Positions 13,716 through 26,694 of a stretch of DNA of 64,000 bases are shown piece by piece; positions within the stretch are counted from its first letter, which is position 1; each line of letters starts with the position of its first letter. The position numbers and the translations under genes are program-made. The notes beneath the pieces were generated by a model that was not told the origin of the DNA, searched no databases, and saw only the letters and a list, made by a program, of their open reading frames with translations. Source of the stretch: Mustelus asterias (Eukaryota); NCBI RefSeq assembly GCF_964213995.1, contig NC_135817.1, positions 52,700,001-52,764,000 on the forward strand, written 5' to 3'.

Positions 13716-13940
13716 CTTTACATGGAACGTTCTGGAAGGTGAATGTTATAATGAACATACCCGAGTGTGAGAGAGTTGGATACCAAATACCACCCTGACC
13801 GCGAAGAAAGGAACTGGTTCAAAACAACTATTTGTCAAAAAGAAACTCATTTTAATTCTGAGAGCGCTAGTTCAGATTTTAAAGTTATTGTGGTGAGCTC
13901 GAAGTAGACCTGGAAAAGTAAGTAGCATTGTGTCCACTGG

Positions 13941-14224
13941 GCTGCCTCACAGCGCCAGGGACATGGGGTCAATTCCGACCTCGGGTCACTGTGTGGAGTT
14001 TGCATGTTCTCCCTGTGTCTGCGTGGGTTTCCTCCGGGTGCTCTGGTTTCCCCCCACAGTCCGAAGATGTGCGTGTGGGTTAGGTTGATTGGCCCTGCTA
14101 AATTGGTCCTTAGTGTCGGGGGGTAAATACTTGGGGTTATGGGGATAGGGCCTGGGGTGGATTGTTGTCGGTGCAGACTTGCTGGGCCAAACGGCCGCCT
14201 CCTGCACTGTAGGGGTTCAATGAT
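13941..14224 (+). mobile_element. HE1-like SINE, tail type 1
   Basis: Head, core and tail; head-to-head with the 13368 copy. Confidence 0.88.
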
Positions 14225-15315
14225 CCCTTCTGTGATCTTCAGAGAAAACAGCAGGGCATGATAGTCACATACTCATTGAAGAATATTATCATGATTCAGG
14301 CAGCAGAATGGCCCCACCTGCATTAAGGGAGGGTATACAATAGAAAAATTAGGTATCCAGATGATCAATTGCACCAAATGTTTTTCCACACTAACTCCAA
14401 CCTTGTGATACATGAATCCATTCATACATCCATTCCCACTTGTGTTCTGTGCAGTGCTATAGAATTGCTGAATGCCACTGCACAGAAATAGACTATTCAG
14501 CCTACCAAGTTTTTCTCTCAAGAACCAATTTAATCTAATTCTATTTTTCTGCTTGTTTCCCCCCCAATTTTTCTGAGAGATATTTCTCTCTTTTCAAACA
14601 GCTGTTTTTTTTGTTGTCCCTGTTTCAGCTCCGAGCGATCTGGAGAAATTTGCTTTGATAAATGGGTCACTATGGCAATGACAAATATTTTACACTATTC
14701 AAGCGCTGCTGGTTTTCAGCTGTGGAATTCGGGTTCCTGAAGCCAGCAAGTAGAAGGAAGGTGGGGGTTGTACGGACGGCTGGGTTTGACCTGACTGACT
14801 ACAAGCTAATGGCTACATCGTACATTACTTCATGTAGAATTGTTGGTAGATAACATGATGCTGAAAATCCTCAAAATTAATGTCTGTTCAATAGGTGTAG
14901 TCTTTCTGTGTGTTGTTATGGTTCTCCTGGCCTAAAGCATGCACGCATTAGACTATTTGCATAATTCTGAACTTTGCGCATGCAACATTGCTGTGACTGT
15001 TGTGTTGCAAACATATTTAGCCTGTTAAGAAATAAATTTCATATCCAATTACAGCACATTTCTGGTTTTACTTTCTTGTACAAATTTTCCCTCTGCATTA
15101 TATAAGGAATCTACCAATTTCTGGTGGGGCTTAAAGGCCCCATAGTGACTCCAATGTTGATAAATTGGTGCATCACAGCGACTTTGTATGCGCATGACTT
15201 GTATGTTTGCATTTTTGGTGCTGTTGTCGTTGTCCATTTACTTGCATTGGAAAAAGTGATGGTTGCCCTATTATTAATACACCACGGGGTCATGTACAAA
15301 GCAGAAAGAAACAAA

Positions 15316-16139
15316 GGGGGCGATCCTATGACAAAAATTCTAAGTCCAGGACGAGTGTGAAAACGGGAGAGTTTTGGATCCGTTTTTTCGGCAAATCTCG
15401 GAATTTTCTGCCTTTAGAGGGATTGGGCGGGGCTTAAATCGCTAGGAGGCCATCTGAGAGCAGCAAAAGAGTGCAATTGTGTTTGTGCAGGTCTCTACTC
15501 TGAGAGCAGCAGAGACCTATCACAAAGCCTCTGCTGTTTTCTGCTGGCCTCCATGGCCTAAACCCGGCACACTCCCCCTCCCCACTGATTGCAGTGCAGA
15601 GTGGCAGCGATTCCTCCCCCACCCCCACCCCTCCTGATTGCATCTGCAGAGTGCGCAGTGGTTTGTCAGACCCTGCCCCCTTGGCACTGCCCTTTGGTGT
15701 CCAGTGGACAGTCAGGCTGACACTGCCAGTGTGCCAGGCTGGCACTGCCCAAGGGGCACCCCCTTGCCCCCAATCTACCAGTGGGGCTTCAATGGCCTCT
15801 GGTTCTACCGGCAAGGCCACCATGTCTGGACCCCTTTGTTGGGGACTAGCTGCGATTTTTGCTGGAGGGAACCTCCCGTGGTGAGGCCACACAGGTAAAT
15901 GAGCCCGGGCGATTTAGTCCCAGGCTTGCTAATTTAATTCAAATCAGCTTTACAATAAATTTAAATAATTTATTCAGCCTCACGCCGGAATTGGAGTGAG
16001 GCTGATCGTGCCGGATATCCGGTGCTGATAACACCGCGAGAGGTGAGAAATTGGGCGCGAACCTGATTTCTTGGCTCTCCTGCAATCTTACTGGCTCATC
16101 CCGCCCATCGGCCAGTGGGAAGTGATGGTAAGATCGCCC
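15316..16139 (+). mobile_element. GC-rich non-autonomous TIR element (MITE-like), copy 1
   Basis: Termini GGGGCGATCCTA ... TAAGATCGCCC; homologous to the inverted copy at 17351-18271; no transposase. Confidence 0.7.
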
Positions 16140-16758
16140 AAAAGGGTGCGTTACGACCTGGGATAGTTCCAATCATCTTAAATCACTCAGAAGTTTTGCA
16201 GAATGCTTGCAAGTTCCAGATTGATTTACAAGCTTTTAGTTCCCTCACTTTTGTTTTTGATAAACTGAAGGTCACGAAGAAGTCACTTTATCATGGGAAG
16301 GATAGGGCATGTGCTTAGTCAGATTCTCCTGGTTTAATGCCATGAGTTTCAAAATACGAGCTTTCATTTAAGGAACACCAGCAAATCTTTTTTTTTCGGA
16401 AGGCTATCGGCATTTCTTGGAAACACAGCTGTTAACCTTTGCAGATAATGTTCTCGCTTTATGGCCATGTAGTTTTAAAGAAAAGTTTGGAAATGGTGGA
16501 TAATTGAATTGCTCTATTCGATGGGCCTTGTCAGCTATTATAGAAATGTGCCATGTGTGATCTCTTGAAGGCTAACTGAGTTTTCCTTTTGTTCGCTGCT
16601 ACTGGCTGGTTTGTATTTGACCGGACACTTTAGTTAGTCACACTTCGAACTAATGGGTCTGCTCACTCTTGTGGTATGTTTTAAATCCATCCATGAGAGA
16701 GACGAGTCCTGAGGACAAATCACCAAGCAACTGTATGTTAGCAGCATAAAAAATAACT

Positions 16759-17073
16759 TGCACTATGGTTAGCACTGCTGCCTCACAGCGCCAGGGTCCC
16801 AGGTTCAATTCCAGCCTCTGGACACTGTCTGTGTGGAGTCTGTACCCCCACCCCCCGTGTCTGCGTGGGTTTCCTCCGCGTGCTCTGGTTTCCTCCCGCA
16901 GTCCAAAGATGAGCAGGTTAGGTTGAATGGTCATGCTAAATTGACTGACCCTTAGTGTCAGGAGGATTAGCAGAGTAAATGTTTCGGGAATAGGGCCGAG
17001 GTGGGATTGTGGTCGATACAGATTTGATAGGCTGAATGGGCTCCTCCTGTACTGTAGCGATTCTATGATTCTA
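16759..17073 (+). mobile_element. HE1-like SINE, tail type 1
   Basis: Head, V-core, TTCTATGATTCTA tail. Confidence 0.88.
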
Positions 17074-17350
17074 GGACTGGCTCCAAATTCTGTTTGAGCA
17101 AGGCAAAGCTTAATCCCCAAGATTAATATTTAAGAAATTGGAACAGTGACCCCCTAATACGACCATCACTTTCTCTCTGTGGCGTCTATGTACAAACAAT
17201 GAATCGTTATATGAAAAATGTAGTGTTACATTATTCTTTCTCTTTTTGGATTAAGATATAGGGGGGAAAAGATGATCTTTGGTCCAATTTAACATTAAAT
17301 TCAGCCATTCTAATTTACAAGCCTCTTAGTTTTTGCGCTGTAACTTCATG

Positions 17351-18271
17351 ATGGGCAGGGCGAGCTGGTAAGATCGCGCGAGAGCCAGGAAATCAAGTTT
17401 GTGCCCGATTTCTGGCCCCTCATGGTCTTACTGGTACTGGATATCCAGTGCGATCAGCCTCACACCCATTTCTGGTGTGAGGCTGAAAATATTATTTAAA
17501 TTTGTTATAATGTTAATTTAAATGGAATTAGCGAGCCCGGGATGGTATTGTCCGGGCTCACTTGCCTGTGTGGCCTTTCCGGAGCAGGTTCTGTCCGGCG
17601 AAGTTCATATATATGGTCCCCTATCAATGGGGACCAGACCTGATGGCCTCGCTGGTAGAACTGGAAGCCATTGAGGCCCCCTCTCCCCGCCCCCTAAGGG
17701 GAAGTTGAGGGCAAGGGTAAGTGCCCCTTGGACGGTGCCAGCCTGGCACTTTTGCACTGCTCACTGGGCACTGGATGGGGACTGAGGGGAGGGGGTAGGG
17801 CCAGACTGGGGGTGGGGGGGTGGTGGAACCCAGCCACTCTGCAACAGCGTTCGGTGGGGAGAGGGTGGCAATTTGTCCTGGTATTTGGGAGGGGCAGAGG
17901 GTCAGGGATCGGGGGGGGGGGGTGGGGGCGATTGGTCTGGCCGGGAGAGGGGTTGCGAATGGCCCGTGGGGAGGGGGTGGGGGCGCTTTAGGCCACAGAG
18001 GCCGGTAATATCTAGCTGAGGCTGTGATAGGTCTCTGTTGCTCTCAGAGCAGAGACTTACACGTGTGCAATGGCGCCCTCTGCGCTATCAGTAGGCTCTC
18101 TGGCAATTTAAGCCCTGCCCCCTCCCCCTACAGGCGAGAAACAGATTTCAGGATTTTATTCATGCAATAAGTGTATAAGATTCGACATTTGAACTCACTG
18201 AGGAAATGGATTCAAAACTCCCGCTTTCACGCTCGTTCCGGACTTGGAATTATTTTCATAAGATCGCCCCC
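17351..18271 (-). mobile_element. GC-rich MITE-like element, copy 2 (inverted relative to copy 1)
   Basis: Reverse complement of 18200-18271 (GGGGCGATCTTATGAAAATAATTCCAAGTCCGGAACGAGCGTGAAA) matches 15316-15390; 17351-17560 matches the reverse complement of 15880-16110. Confidence 0.7.
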
Positions 18272-18679
18272 TTCTGTCTGATTTAAGGAGATTGTCCTGT
18301 TCAGTCAGGTCCCAAGTGCCCAGTTTCTCTTGCAGTGACATTGAGATTGCACTTTTATCAACTTGTGCAACATGTTATTGTGATTAAAAAGGAAGGTCTA
18401 ACTAACTGCAGACGTTGTAAGATGCACTCATAAAGTATGGCCCTGGGAATCGTACCATCGCAAAGATGCAACTATTCATATACAAGCATTGATTTACACA
18501 TGTCCTTTGTACATACCATGCGAGTATTAAGTCCAAACACAAGAACAGTGTCTATTACTCCATCATTATTAATCCGTAATACAACTAGTCACATCTGGAT
18601 TTTCAGATAACCACTTGGCTGATATTTGATGTATTAGACAATAGTGGCATTATGCATCCATTTCCTTCCTGGTGTTTGT

Positions 18680-18850
18680 ATGGAGAAATGGAAGCTCAAA
18701 ATTTAAAACATTGGCCATGATGGGAAGTGATTCTTTGCAATTAAGCGTATCACATTACTGGAATCATTAGTGTCAGTAAGTGCCCTTTTAACATGCACTT
18801 CTCATCCGCTTCTCAAGAGCTACGCTGCCATTCACCAGATGAGCCAGAGA
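18680..18850 (+). mobile_element. Possible decayed hAT transposase C-terminal (dimerisation) fragment
   Basis: Across frameshifts reads WRNGSSKFKTLAMMGSDSL / ITGIISVSKCPFN / LRCHSPD, loosely resembling WxxxxxxFPxLxxxAxxxLxIPASSVSSERxFS...RxxLS. Weak. Confidence 0.3.
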
Positions 18851-19193
18851 TTAAAGCAGCTGGATTTCAGTCAATTGAAACCATATCCCATACAGGCAGC
18901 CCTCAACTTTACGACATTCAAGTCATGACTTGTAACATTTGTAAATTGACGACCTGTTTCGTATTTACAATGTCTGTATCGACTTGCGGCACATGCCAGC
19001 GAACAAGCTCAAATTCATTTGTGCGCATTAACATCTGCACCACCCACTTCCCTGACTCAAGACACTTGGTTGCTGATCCAAGACATTTTCATTGGTGAAT
19101 CTTTGTCTTTCCAAATAATTGATTTAAGTAAAACAGTCTCGGTTACTTTGGTGAAAGTAGGGTATGAAGCCGTGGTACAGGAACCAATCCCCG

Positions 19194-19818
19194 ATTTATT
19201 TGATTTATTATTGTCACATGTATTAGCATACAGTGAAAAGTATTGTTTCTTGCACGCCATACAAACAAAGCATACCGTGCGTAGAGAAGGAAAGGAGAGA
19301 GTGCAGAATGTAGTGTTACAGTCAGCTAAGGTGTAGAGAAAGATCAACTTAATACGAGGTAGGTCCATTCAAAAGTCTGACGGCAGCAGGGAAGAAGGTG
19401 TTCTTGAGTCGGTTGGTACGTGACCTCAGACTTTATCTTTTTCCTGACAGAAGGTGGTGGATGAGATTATGTCCTGGGTGCATGGGGTCCTTGATTATAC
19501 TGGCTGCTTTTCTGAGGCAGCGGGAAGTGTAGAAAGTCAATGGATGGGAGGCTAGTTTGTATGATAGACTGGGCTTCATTCATAAACCATTGTAGTTTCT
19601 GGCTGTCTTGGACAGAGCAGGAACCATACCAAGCTGTGATGCAACCAGAAAAAATGTTTTCTGTAAAAGTTGATGAGTGCCTTGGAGGACATGCCAAATT
19701 TCCTTAGCCACCTGAGAAAGTAGAGGCGCTGGTGGGCTTTCTTAACTATAGTGTCGGCATGGGGGGACCAGGAGAGGTTGGTGATATGGACACCAAGAAA
19801 CCTGAAGCTCTTGACCAT
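19194..19818 (-). mobile_element. Rex1/Babar-type LINE 3' fragment
   Basis: VKSFRFLGVHITNLSWSPHADTIVKKAHQRLYFLRWLRKFG, ENIFSGCITAWYG; tail TGTGACAATAATAAATCAAAT. Confidence 0.85.
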
Positions 19819-20071
19819 AACTTGAAGTGATTTATAACATTGTTCTTATGGGATAATTGGTTCTGACTTGTCGACGTTTCGACTTTGAGGTTCTGTTTTC
19901 AGGAATCAATATGTTGCAAGTCTGAAGACTGTCTGCAAAGTATGCTTATGCTTCTTTGAACATATTGATTGACATAATGTTGGCAAGAATGCGGGTATTT
20001 CCCATCTTGCTCAATATTCTGCTTTTTGAGGTATTCATGTTTGGGTATTTTTTTTCCCCTTTTCCTCGCAG

Positions 20072-20434
20072 GACTGAGTTCAGGACGTGTTGTGAAAGTC
20101 CCAGCGGGTGTTCTGTACCGTGTCGTTGGAACTCCAGTCAACATTCCCTGCAACGTCAGCAATTATGAAGGGCCATCTGAACAAAACTTTGATTGGATTG
20201 TGCTTAATGATAGACAGAGGAATCTTGTCAGCACACTGGAACCTGAATTTTCAGATGCTGAATACAAGGATAAAATCCAGAAGAAGGAGATTTGGGTGAA
20301 GAGACTCAGTGACAGCTCTGTTGAGCTACATTTCAAGAGCGTGAAATTTGAGGATGCCGGGGAATATGAATGCCAAACACCGAGCACAGATGAAAATAGT
20401 TCTGGAAATTATAAAGAGCGTGTGACTTTGAAAG
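20072..20434 (+). CDS. PTGFRN: PTGFRN coding exon 2 (end of signal peptide + Ig domain 1)
   Basis: Polypyrimidine tract + cgcag acceptor; donor AAAG|gtaagc; 363 nt, phase 1-1. Translation GRVVKVPAGVLYRVVGTPVNIPCNVSNYEGPSEQNFDW...YECQTPSTD...GNY matches the N-terminal Ig domain of PTGFRN (RVVRVP...IPCNVSDYDGPSEQNFDW...CSTPSTD). Confidence 0.93.
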
Positions 20435-23340
20435 GTAAGCTTTGCAAATGGTACATTAACTTCTATTGCCTTTAGTTCATTTTAAGTGGATGTGTATGTC
20501 ACATGATGACATTACTGATCCTATTTGTATCTACTTTCTTGCTATTTACTAATTTAACACAAAATAAGTTCACCTTTTCCAATATTTTCCCTCCTCCACT
20601 TTAGTTGCTACCTGATACCGGGATAAGCTTCTGCATGTGCTGGCAACTTACTCGTATCTCACCCAAGTAGCGGCCTTTCATGTGAAAATGTTGACCTTAA
20701 ATGATGGGTTCTTCAACTGTGGAAGCAACTGGACTGAGCTTATTCCTATCTTTACTTGTCTTGTACGCAGGCATACACACAAACAGGTCTCCAGTGGCTG
20801 TTCCTGGCAATTAATCAGAAAGAGGAACACTGGGGTCTTATTTCTATCATCCCTGACCCCAACAGAAATGGAGCTGGATGCCGTCCTGGCCTGTATTTGC
20901 TCATTACATAGTATAGAATTTATTTCCTAAAAGGAAGGTTACTAATTTTAGTTAGTTAGAGATGTTGGCAGGCCTGTTGAGTTTTTCCATGTCCTGGGCT
21001 CTTGTCTTAGTTTTTCTGGTGTGTTTGTAGGATTAAGAAATATGACTATTAATTTGGCCAGTGCCACATCCTGTCTCTGGGTTCAAAGGTTGTGACCAAA
21101 AACCATTAGAAGAAGTCATCCATCTCACTGTGCCAGCTGTGAATTAAGATTAGATTCCAACTGAGATAGTTGAACATGCAATTTATTCCTCTAAAATAAA
21201 TGAATCTTTTAAAATATTTATTTAATTATGTGCAGAGACCAGATTCTCCCAAATCCTCATTTGGATATATATTGTCATTCCTCCTTCCATGATGGGTCAG
21301 AACCTTCAAAATCCTTTCTCAAGCCTCCATTGTGGGTGCACCATTACCACAAGGATTGGAGAAGGCCAGCAGTACAATCCTAGATAGGGCAGCCAGAACA
21401 GGTTCTCTTGCCCATGTCACCCACCCCATCAATTTTCTATTTCCTAATTCTATATTTACCCCCTTGTGCCTAAATCTTTACCTGCTTGAGACACAGCTTC
21501 TTCTTGAGGGGCTCCTTCGTCACAATCTTGGAGACAACAGCATTTTCAGTCTTCACTCCCAATATCTCACTATTGTGGGGGATTGTCAGTCACAGAAACG
21601 GATCGCACAGTCCCAGTCGTCTTGGAAGACCTAAGCTCTGGTGCTATTGTGGCTGTCTTTCCAGGAGTTAATGGACGCAATTTGTAGCTTCCATTGCAGA
21701 GACAATGTCTGTGGTCCTCCTTCGACTGTCGCTTAGCTGCAGATCGTCCTTGCTTTTGGGGATCTGCATTACTTAACAAATTTCTTTCATTGTGTTGCTG
21801 ACAATGTAGCTTGTAAACTTCGCAAGTTGTCATCTTCAGAAAAATGTGTATGGCTCGCAGCAGTTCTATGGCCTTGCATACATTTTCAGATGAATATCTG
21901 AGTTTCGGACACCGTGGCTCTTCTGCAGGGGGCAGTCATTTCTGTCTCGGGTCAGACACTGTTGTTGCTTTACCTTGTGTCTTCTACTCACTGATGCTCT
22001 TTACACCTCCTTCATTTTCTCCTCTATCCCCGAGCGGAGTATCGGAGCAGTTAGGTGCCAAGATGATTTGGCTGAGGCTGGTGTGGGAATTGTTGAAATG
22101 ATGCTGCAACATATTTGCACAGAGCAAGGTGCCAGCAGTCGTGAAAAATGTTGAATGGCAATTTAATCTGGCGGTGGCTTTCGAGGGATTAAGCATCAGC
22201 AGAACGCCCCAGCTCCATTTCAATCTCTTGCATCTATCTAAGACGGTGAAAGCTGGCACCTTTGACAATGCACAACTCCCTCAGTATTGCACTGAAGAGT
22301 CAGTGCAGATTATAGACTTGGAATTGGGTTTGAATCCACAACATTTTAACTCGGATCAATGCACGACCACTGAGCCAGTGCTGACCCTTTGGCTCTAGGA
22401 CTCTAGAATGAAAGATAATCATCCTGAGATAACTACAAAATACTTATCTTAATCTTGATGTTTATAATAATAATTGTTATGCTTCACTGATCTTTGCTTT
22501 CTTTTATCTGATTGCATTTTCAATTTTGAAACTATTTGGAGTTGCTGTAGTTTGGGTTTTTTTCCACTCCGTACAAAAATATTTGGTGCAATGCACCGTG
22601 TTGGCTTGATTTTAATAGGATATCAATTACGTAATAAGATTTGATTCTGGGGTGCTGTAATTTGAAGAGAATGACAGTGGGTGAAATTGCAAAGAATCTA
22701 AAAGCATAATGGTTCAAAATGGCAGAATTAGTGATTGAACAGCATTAGAGACTTTGTCTGCATTTTCCAGGGTAATGAACTGTTGCTCTTTAATTGTATG
22801 TACTCTGAACAGGGTAGCGATGTAAAACCATAATCACTTCCATTGATATTGTGCCTTTAAAGGATGGTAGGAAAAAGGGCCTCCTTCAGCATGTACATGG
22901 CTGAGCATTGGTTCTTGGAGGTTTCATGTTAATAACTGAATGAATTGTGAAGTATTTCTGCCCTGTAATGCCTCACAGTTACTGACACTAGGCTTTGTTG
23001 TCACTTGTCAGTTTTGGCGTTCCAAACAATCTATCTGATATCCTTGCAAATGCTGTCCAGGTCCTGGGAAGCTGCCAGTTCCCATAATCAGTTTAGTCGT
23101 GCAGAATGGCTCTTTGTAAGTGAGTTCAGAAACATGTAATCAATGAAGTCTGTAAACTGTTCATAGAAGCTTTCTGTTTCAGTCTCGACATTCCAGGGTA
23201 CAATGTACAAAAATAGAGGTGGAGTTCAACTTGCAGAGATCATTGCTTCAGCCTCAAGTTAGAATATTCTGTACTTTACTCCACGAATCTCCCAGGGAGT
23301 AGAGCGAGTTTCACTATGATACCAGGTACCACTTTTAACT

Positions 23341-25302
23341 ACAAAAGACAGACTAGGAACCGAGGCATTTTAGATCAAGAAGGAATCTTTTCAGAGAAAA
23401 TTACAGGTGATGAGATAAATGGGGAAATTCAATTTCCATTGGTCAGTACATTGGTAACGACAATTTCTTTTTTCCGAAATAGAAACCAGTGGCTAGAATT
23501 GTTTTTTGGAATGCATTTAGTTTGATGAACATAAATATCTTGCCAGAAACTAGATGAAAACTAGAGTGTAATTGAATCAACAGAAAGGGAATATTATTGC
23601 TTCAAAGTGCACATCGTTATCTCTATTATAGCTATCACATGTATTCTATCAAATAGTAAAACAATTTCATTGTTCTTTCTCTGACACTCACACCGGGATT
23701 ATTTTAAATTCAACCACCACAATCTTTTATAGTATTAAAAATCGTCCTATACACATGAAATTAGAACTATACATAATGAAATTAGAATTGAAACTTGTAT
23801 CGGGGGTGTGAACAGAAAATGTTATTAAAAGTTCCTGATTTTACTTTTTATGACTTTAAGTATCCTTTGCATTTTGGTTTTGTTTGATATCCTGATGCAT
23901 TTCTTCATCAAACAGTGATCCCAGATGGACTGACTTTACCATTGGGCAAATCCAGAAGTGTAAAGCGCACAAGCTACACCGAAGGGAAGCCTCTGGAACT
24001 TCAATGTGTCGCAGTGACGAATTCATCTGTTCCCACACATCTGGCCATAACATGGGAGTTGAAGGTAAATGGCACTGAGATTCGGGACGTCCTGTCATTC
24101 ACTGAACGTGACTGGTTTTATCCCGGTGGTTCGTACAGAAGTAGATACCAAAGTGGTGATGTTAGAATGGCATTGGAAGAAAATGGCATCTTCAAGTTGA
24201 TTATCACCCGCTTGCGACCTGAGGACGAGGGCATTTACTCCTGTATTGCAGCCGAATGGATCAAAGAAGATGGCTCCAACTGGAGAAAAATCCAACAGAA
24301 AACAACGGACATTGCAACAATCAAAGTACAACCATTGGGTATGTTATTCTCAGCAAATAACTCCATTACACATCTTCACACCAGTACTACTGAATGACTC
24401 TTTCTCGGGTCGAGGGTGGTTTAGATGGAATTGTTAGCGTAGGTGCTAAAAACAGGGTTTAAATCCATTATTTAATTCCAGCAGGCTGTTCAACAATGGG
24501 TAATGCAACTTGGGATTATTTTTGTTGTTTTTTGTTCATTCTTGCTTTGTTTATGACCTAAACAGCATCTCACGTAAATCGGGCTAAAAAATGAAATGAA
24601 TGGAGTTTATTTAAAGTTTACTTATTAGTGTCACAAGTAGGCTTGCATTACCACTACAATTAAGCTATTGTGAAAATCCCCTAGTTGCCACACTCCGGTG
24701 CCTGTTCGGGTACACTGAGGGAGAATTTAGCATGGCCAATGCATCTAACCAGCATGTCTTTCTGACTGTGGGAGGAAACCAGAGCACCCGGAGGAAACCC
24801 CACAAAAGACAGACTAGAAATTGAGGCATTTTAGATCAAGAAGGAACCTTTTCAGAGAAAATAAAGGTGATGAGATAAATGGGGAAATTCAATTTCCATT
24901 GGCCAGTACATTGGTAAAGACACATTTTTTTTGCCAAAATAGAAACCAGTGGCTAGAATTTTTTTTTTTTAATGCATTTAGTTTGATGAGCATAAATATC
25001 TTGCCGAAAACTCGAGTGTAATTGAATCAACAGAAAGGGAATATTATTGCTTCAAAGTGCACATTGTTATCTCTATTATAGCTATCACATGTATTCTATC
25101 AAATAGTAAAACAATTTCATTGTTCTTTCTCTGACATTCACACCAGGATTATTTTAAATTCAACCACCACAATCTTTTATAGTATTAAAAATCATCCTAT
25201 ACACATGAAATTAGAACTACACAATGAAATTAGAATTGAAACTTGTATCGGGGGTGTGAAACAGAAGGTGTTATTGAGAGTGATCCAAGTTCCTGATTTT
25301 AC
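23341..25302 (+). repeat. ~500-bp dispersed direct duplication flanking exon 3 (23341-23844 and 24802-25302)
   Basis: ACAAAAGACAGACTAG...GTTCCTGATTTTAC appears twice at high identity; the second copy sits inside a SINE. Confidence 0.95.
23916..24338 (+). CDS. PTGFRN: PTGFRN exon 3 (Ig domain 2 with EWI motif)
   Basis: aacag|TGATC acceptor, TTGG|gtatgt donor, 423 nt; VIPDGL...EGKPLELQC...HLAITWE...DEGIYSCIAAEWI, containing the family-defining Glu-Trp-Ile motif. Confidence 0.93.
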
Positions 25303-25412
25303 GGTGGGAGTACGTACAGACTCTTCACAGACAGTGACCCAAGCCAGGAATCAAACCCCGATCCCTGGCACTCTGAGGCAGCAGTGCTAACCACTGTGCC
25401 ACCGTGCTGTCC
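24603..25412 (-). mobile_element. V-SINE tail type 2, split by the 500-bp duplication
   Basis: Tail and core at 24603-24801; head resumes at 25301-25412. Confidence 0.88.
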
Positions 25413-25609
25413 CCCAAGGGAATACAGGATTGTGCAGCAAGAGCTTTCGAATGTGGAAGCTGAGATGTAATGCGTGGATATAAAACATTTACTAAGGTTT
25501 TGTGTTCTACTCCATAAGAAGGATGTTGAAGAAACAGTGCATCCTCAAACCCTTTTGAAATTAAGGTAGTGAAGAGTATAGGTAGAAACATACTGTTTCT
25601 AACAAGTAG

Positions 25610-26165
25610 TTTGTTCGGCCATTTCAGAGGGCAATTAAGAATTAATCACATTCATAGGATCCCTACAGTGCAGAAGGCCATTCAGCCCATCGAGCCCGCA
25701 CCGACAACAATCCCACTATCCCTGTAACCCCAGTAATCCCCCTGACATTAAGGGGCAATTTAATATGGCCGATCCACATAACCTGCACATCTTTGCACTG
25801 TGGGAGGAAACCCGAGCACCCGGAGGAAACTCACGCAGACCTTGGGAGAACGTACAAACTACACAGTCACCTGAGGCCAGAATTGAGCCCAGTTCTCTGA
25901 CGCTGTCCCATTGCTGTGGATCTGAAGTCACATGTAGGCCTGACCAAGTAAGGACGCAGAGTCCTATCCCTAAAGAACATTAGTGAACCAGATGGGTTTT
26001 ACAGCAATCAATGATCGTTGTTATGGTTACCAATACTGAGACTAACATTAATTTCCAGACCTAGTGAATGCAAGTTCCACCAGCTGCCATGGTGGGATTT
26101 GAACCCTGTCCCCAGAGCACGTGCGCGGGCCTCTGGATCACGAGTCCACTGTCATTATCACTATG
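25610..26165 (-). mobile_element. tRNA-SINE family C interrupted by an HE1-like SINE (25653-25905)
   Basis: CACATT...CATTGCTGTGGATCTGAAGTCACATGTAGGCC matches the 60371-60724 copy; an HE1-like SINE is inserted in its 3' part. Confidence 0.8.
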
Positions 26166-26294
26166 TTAACATTTCATCTTTATAGGAATGGAGGAGGTAT
26201 TATGGACTACTTATGGAGTTTACTATATGTAAACTAACAGTTTCTGGCTTGAATATTTGATATTCCTTTGAGACTGAGCTTAGGGACACAATTA

Positions 26295-26586
26295 GGCGGC
26301 ACTGTGGCAGAGTGGTTAGTACTGCTGCCTCACAGCGCCAGGGACCCAGGTTCAATTCCGATCTCTGGTCACTTTCTGCGTTGGTTTGCACTTTCTCCCC
26401 ATGTCTGCGTGGGTCTCCTCCCACATTCCAAAGATGTGCGGGTTAGGTTGGCCATGCTAAATTGACCCTCGACTCGGGGATTAGCAGGGTAAATGAGGGT
26501 TATGGGAATAGGACTGGGGTGGGATTGTGGTCGATACTGACTCGATGGGCCGAATGGCTTCCTTCTGTACTGTAGGGATTCAATGA
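26295..26586 (+). mobile_element. HE1-like SINE, tail type 1
   Basis: Head, core and tail, ending about 110 nt upstream of exon 4. Confidence 0.88.
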
Positions 26587-26694
26587 GTCACCTACCTCAT
26601 CTGCTACAATGTTCTTTGGTCCGAATGGGCCAGTTGGATGTTTGGAATGCTCCTTGGAGAAACCATACTAAATAACATAACGTGTTTGTTACAG

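Noticed and set aside
19977-20030. MLARMRVFPILLNILLFE as PTGFRN signal-peptide exon 1
   Set aside because: It looks hydrophobic, but the following GT is phase 0 while exon 2 needs phase 1, and the intron would be only 41 nt.
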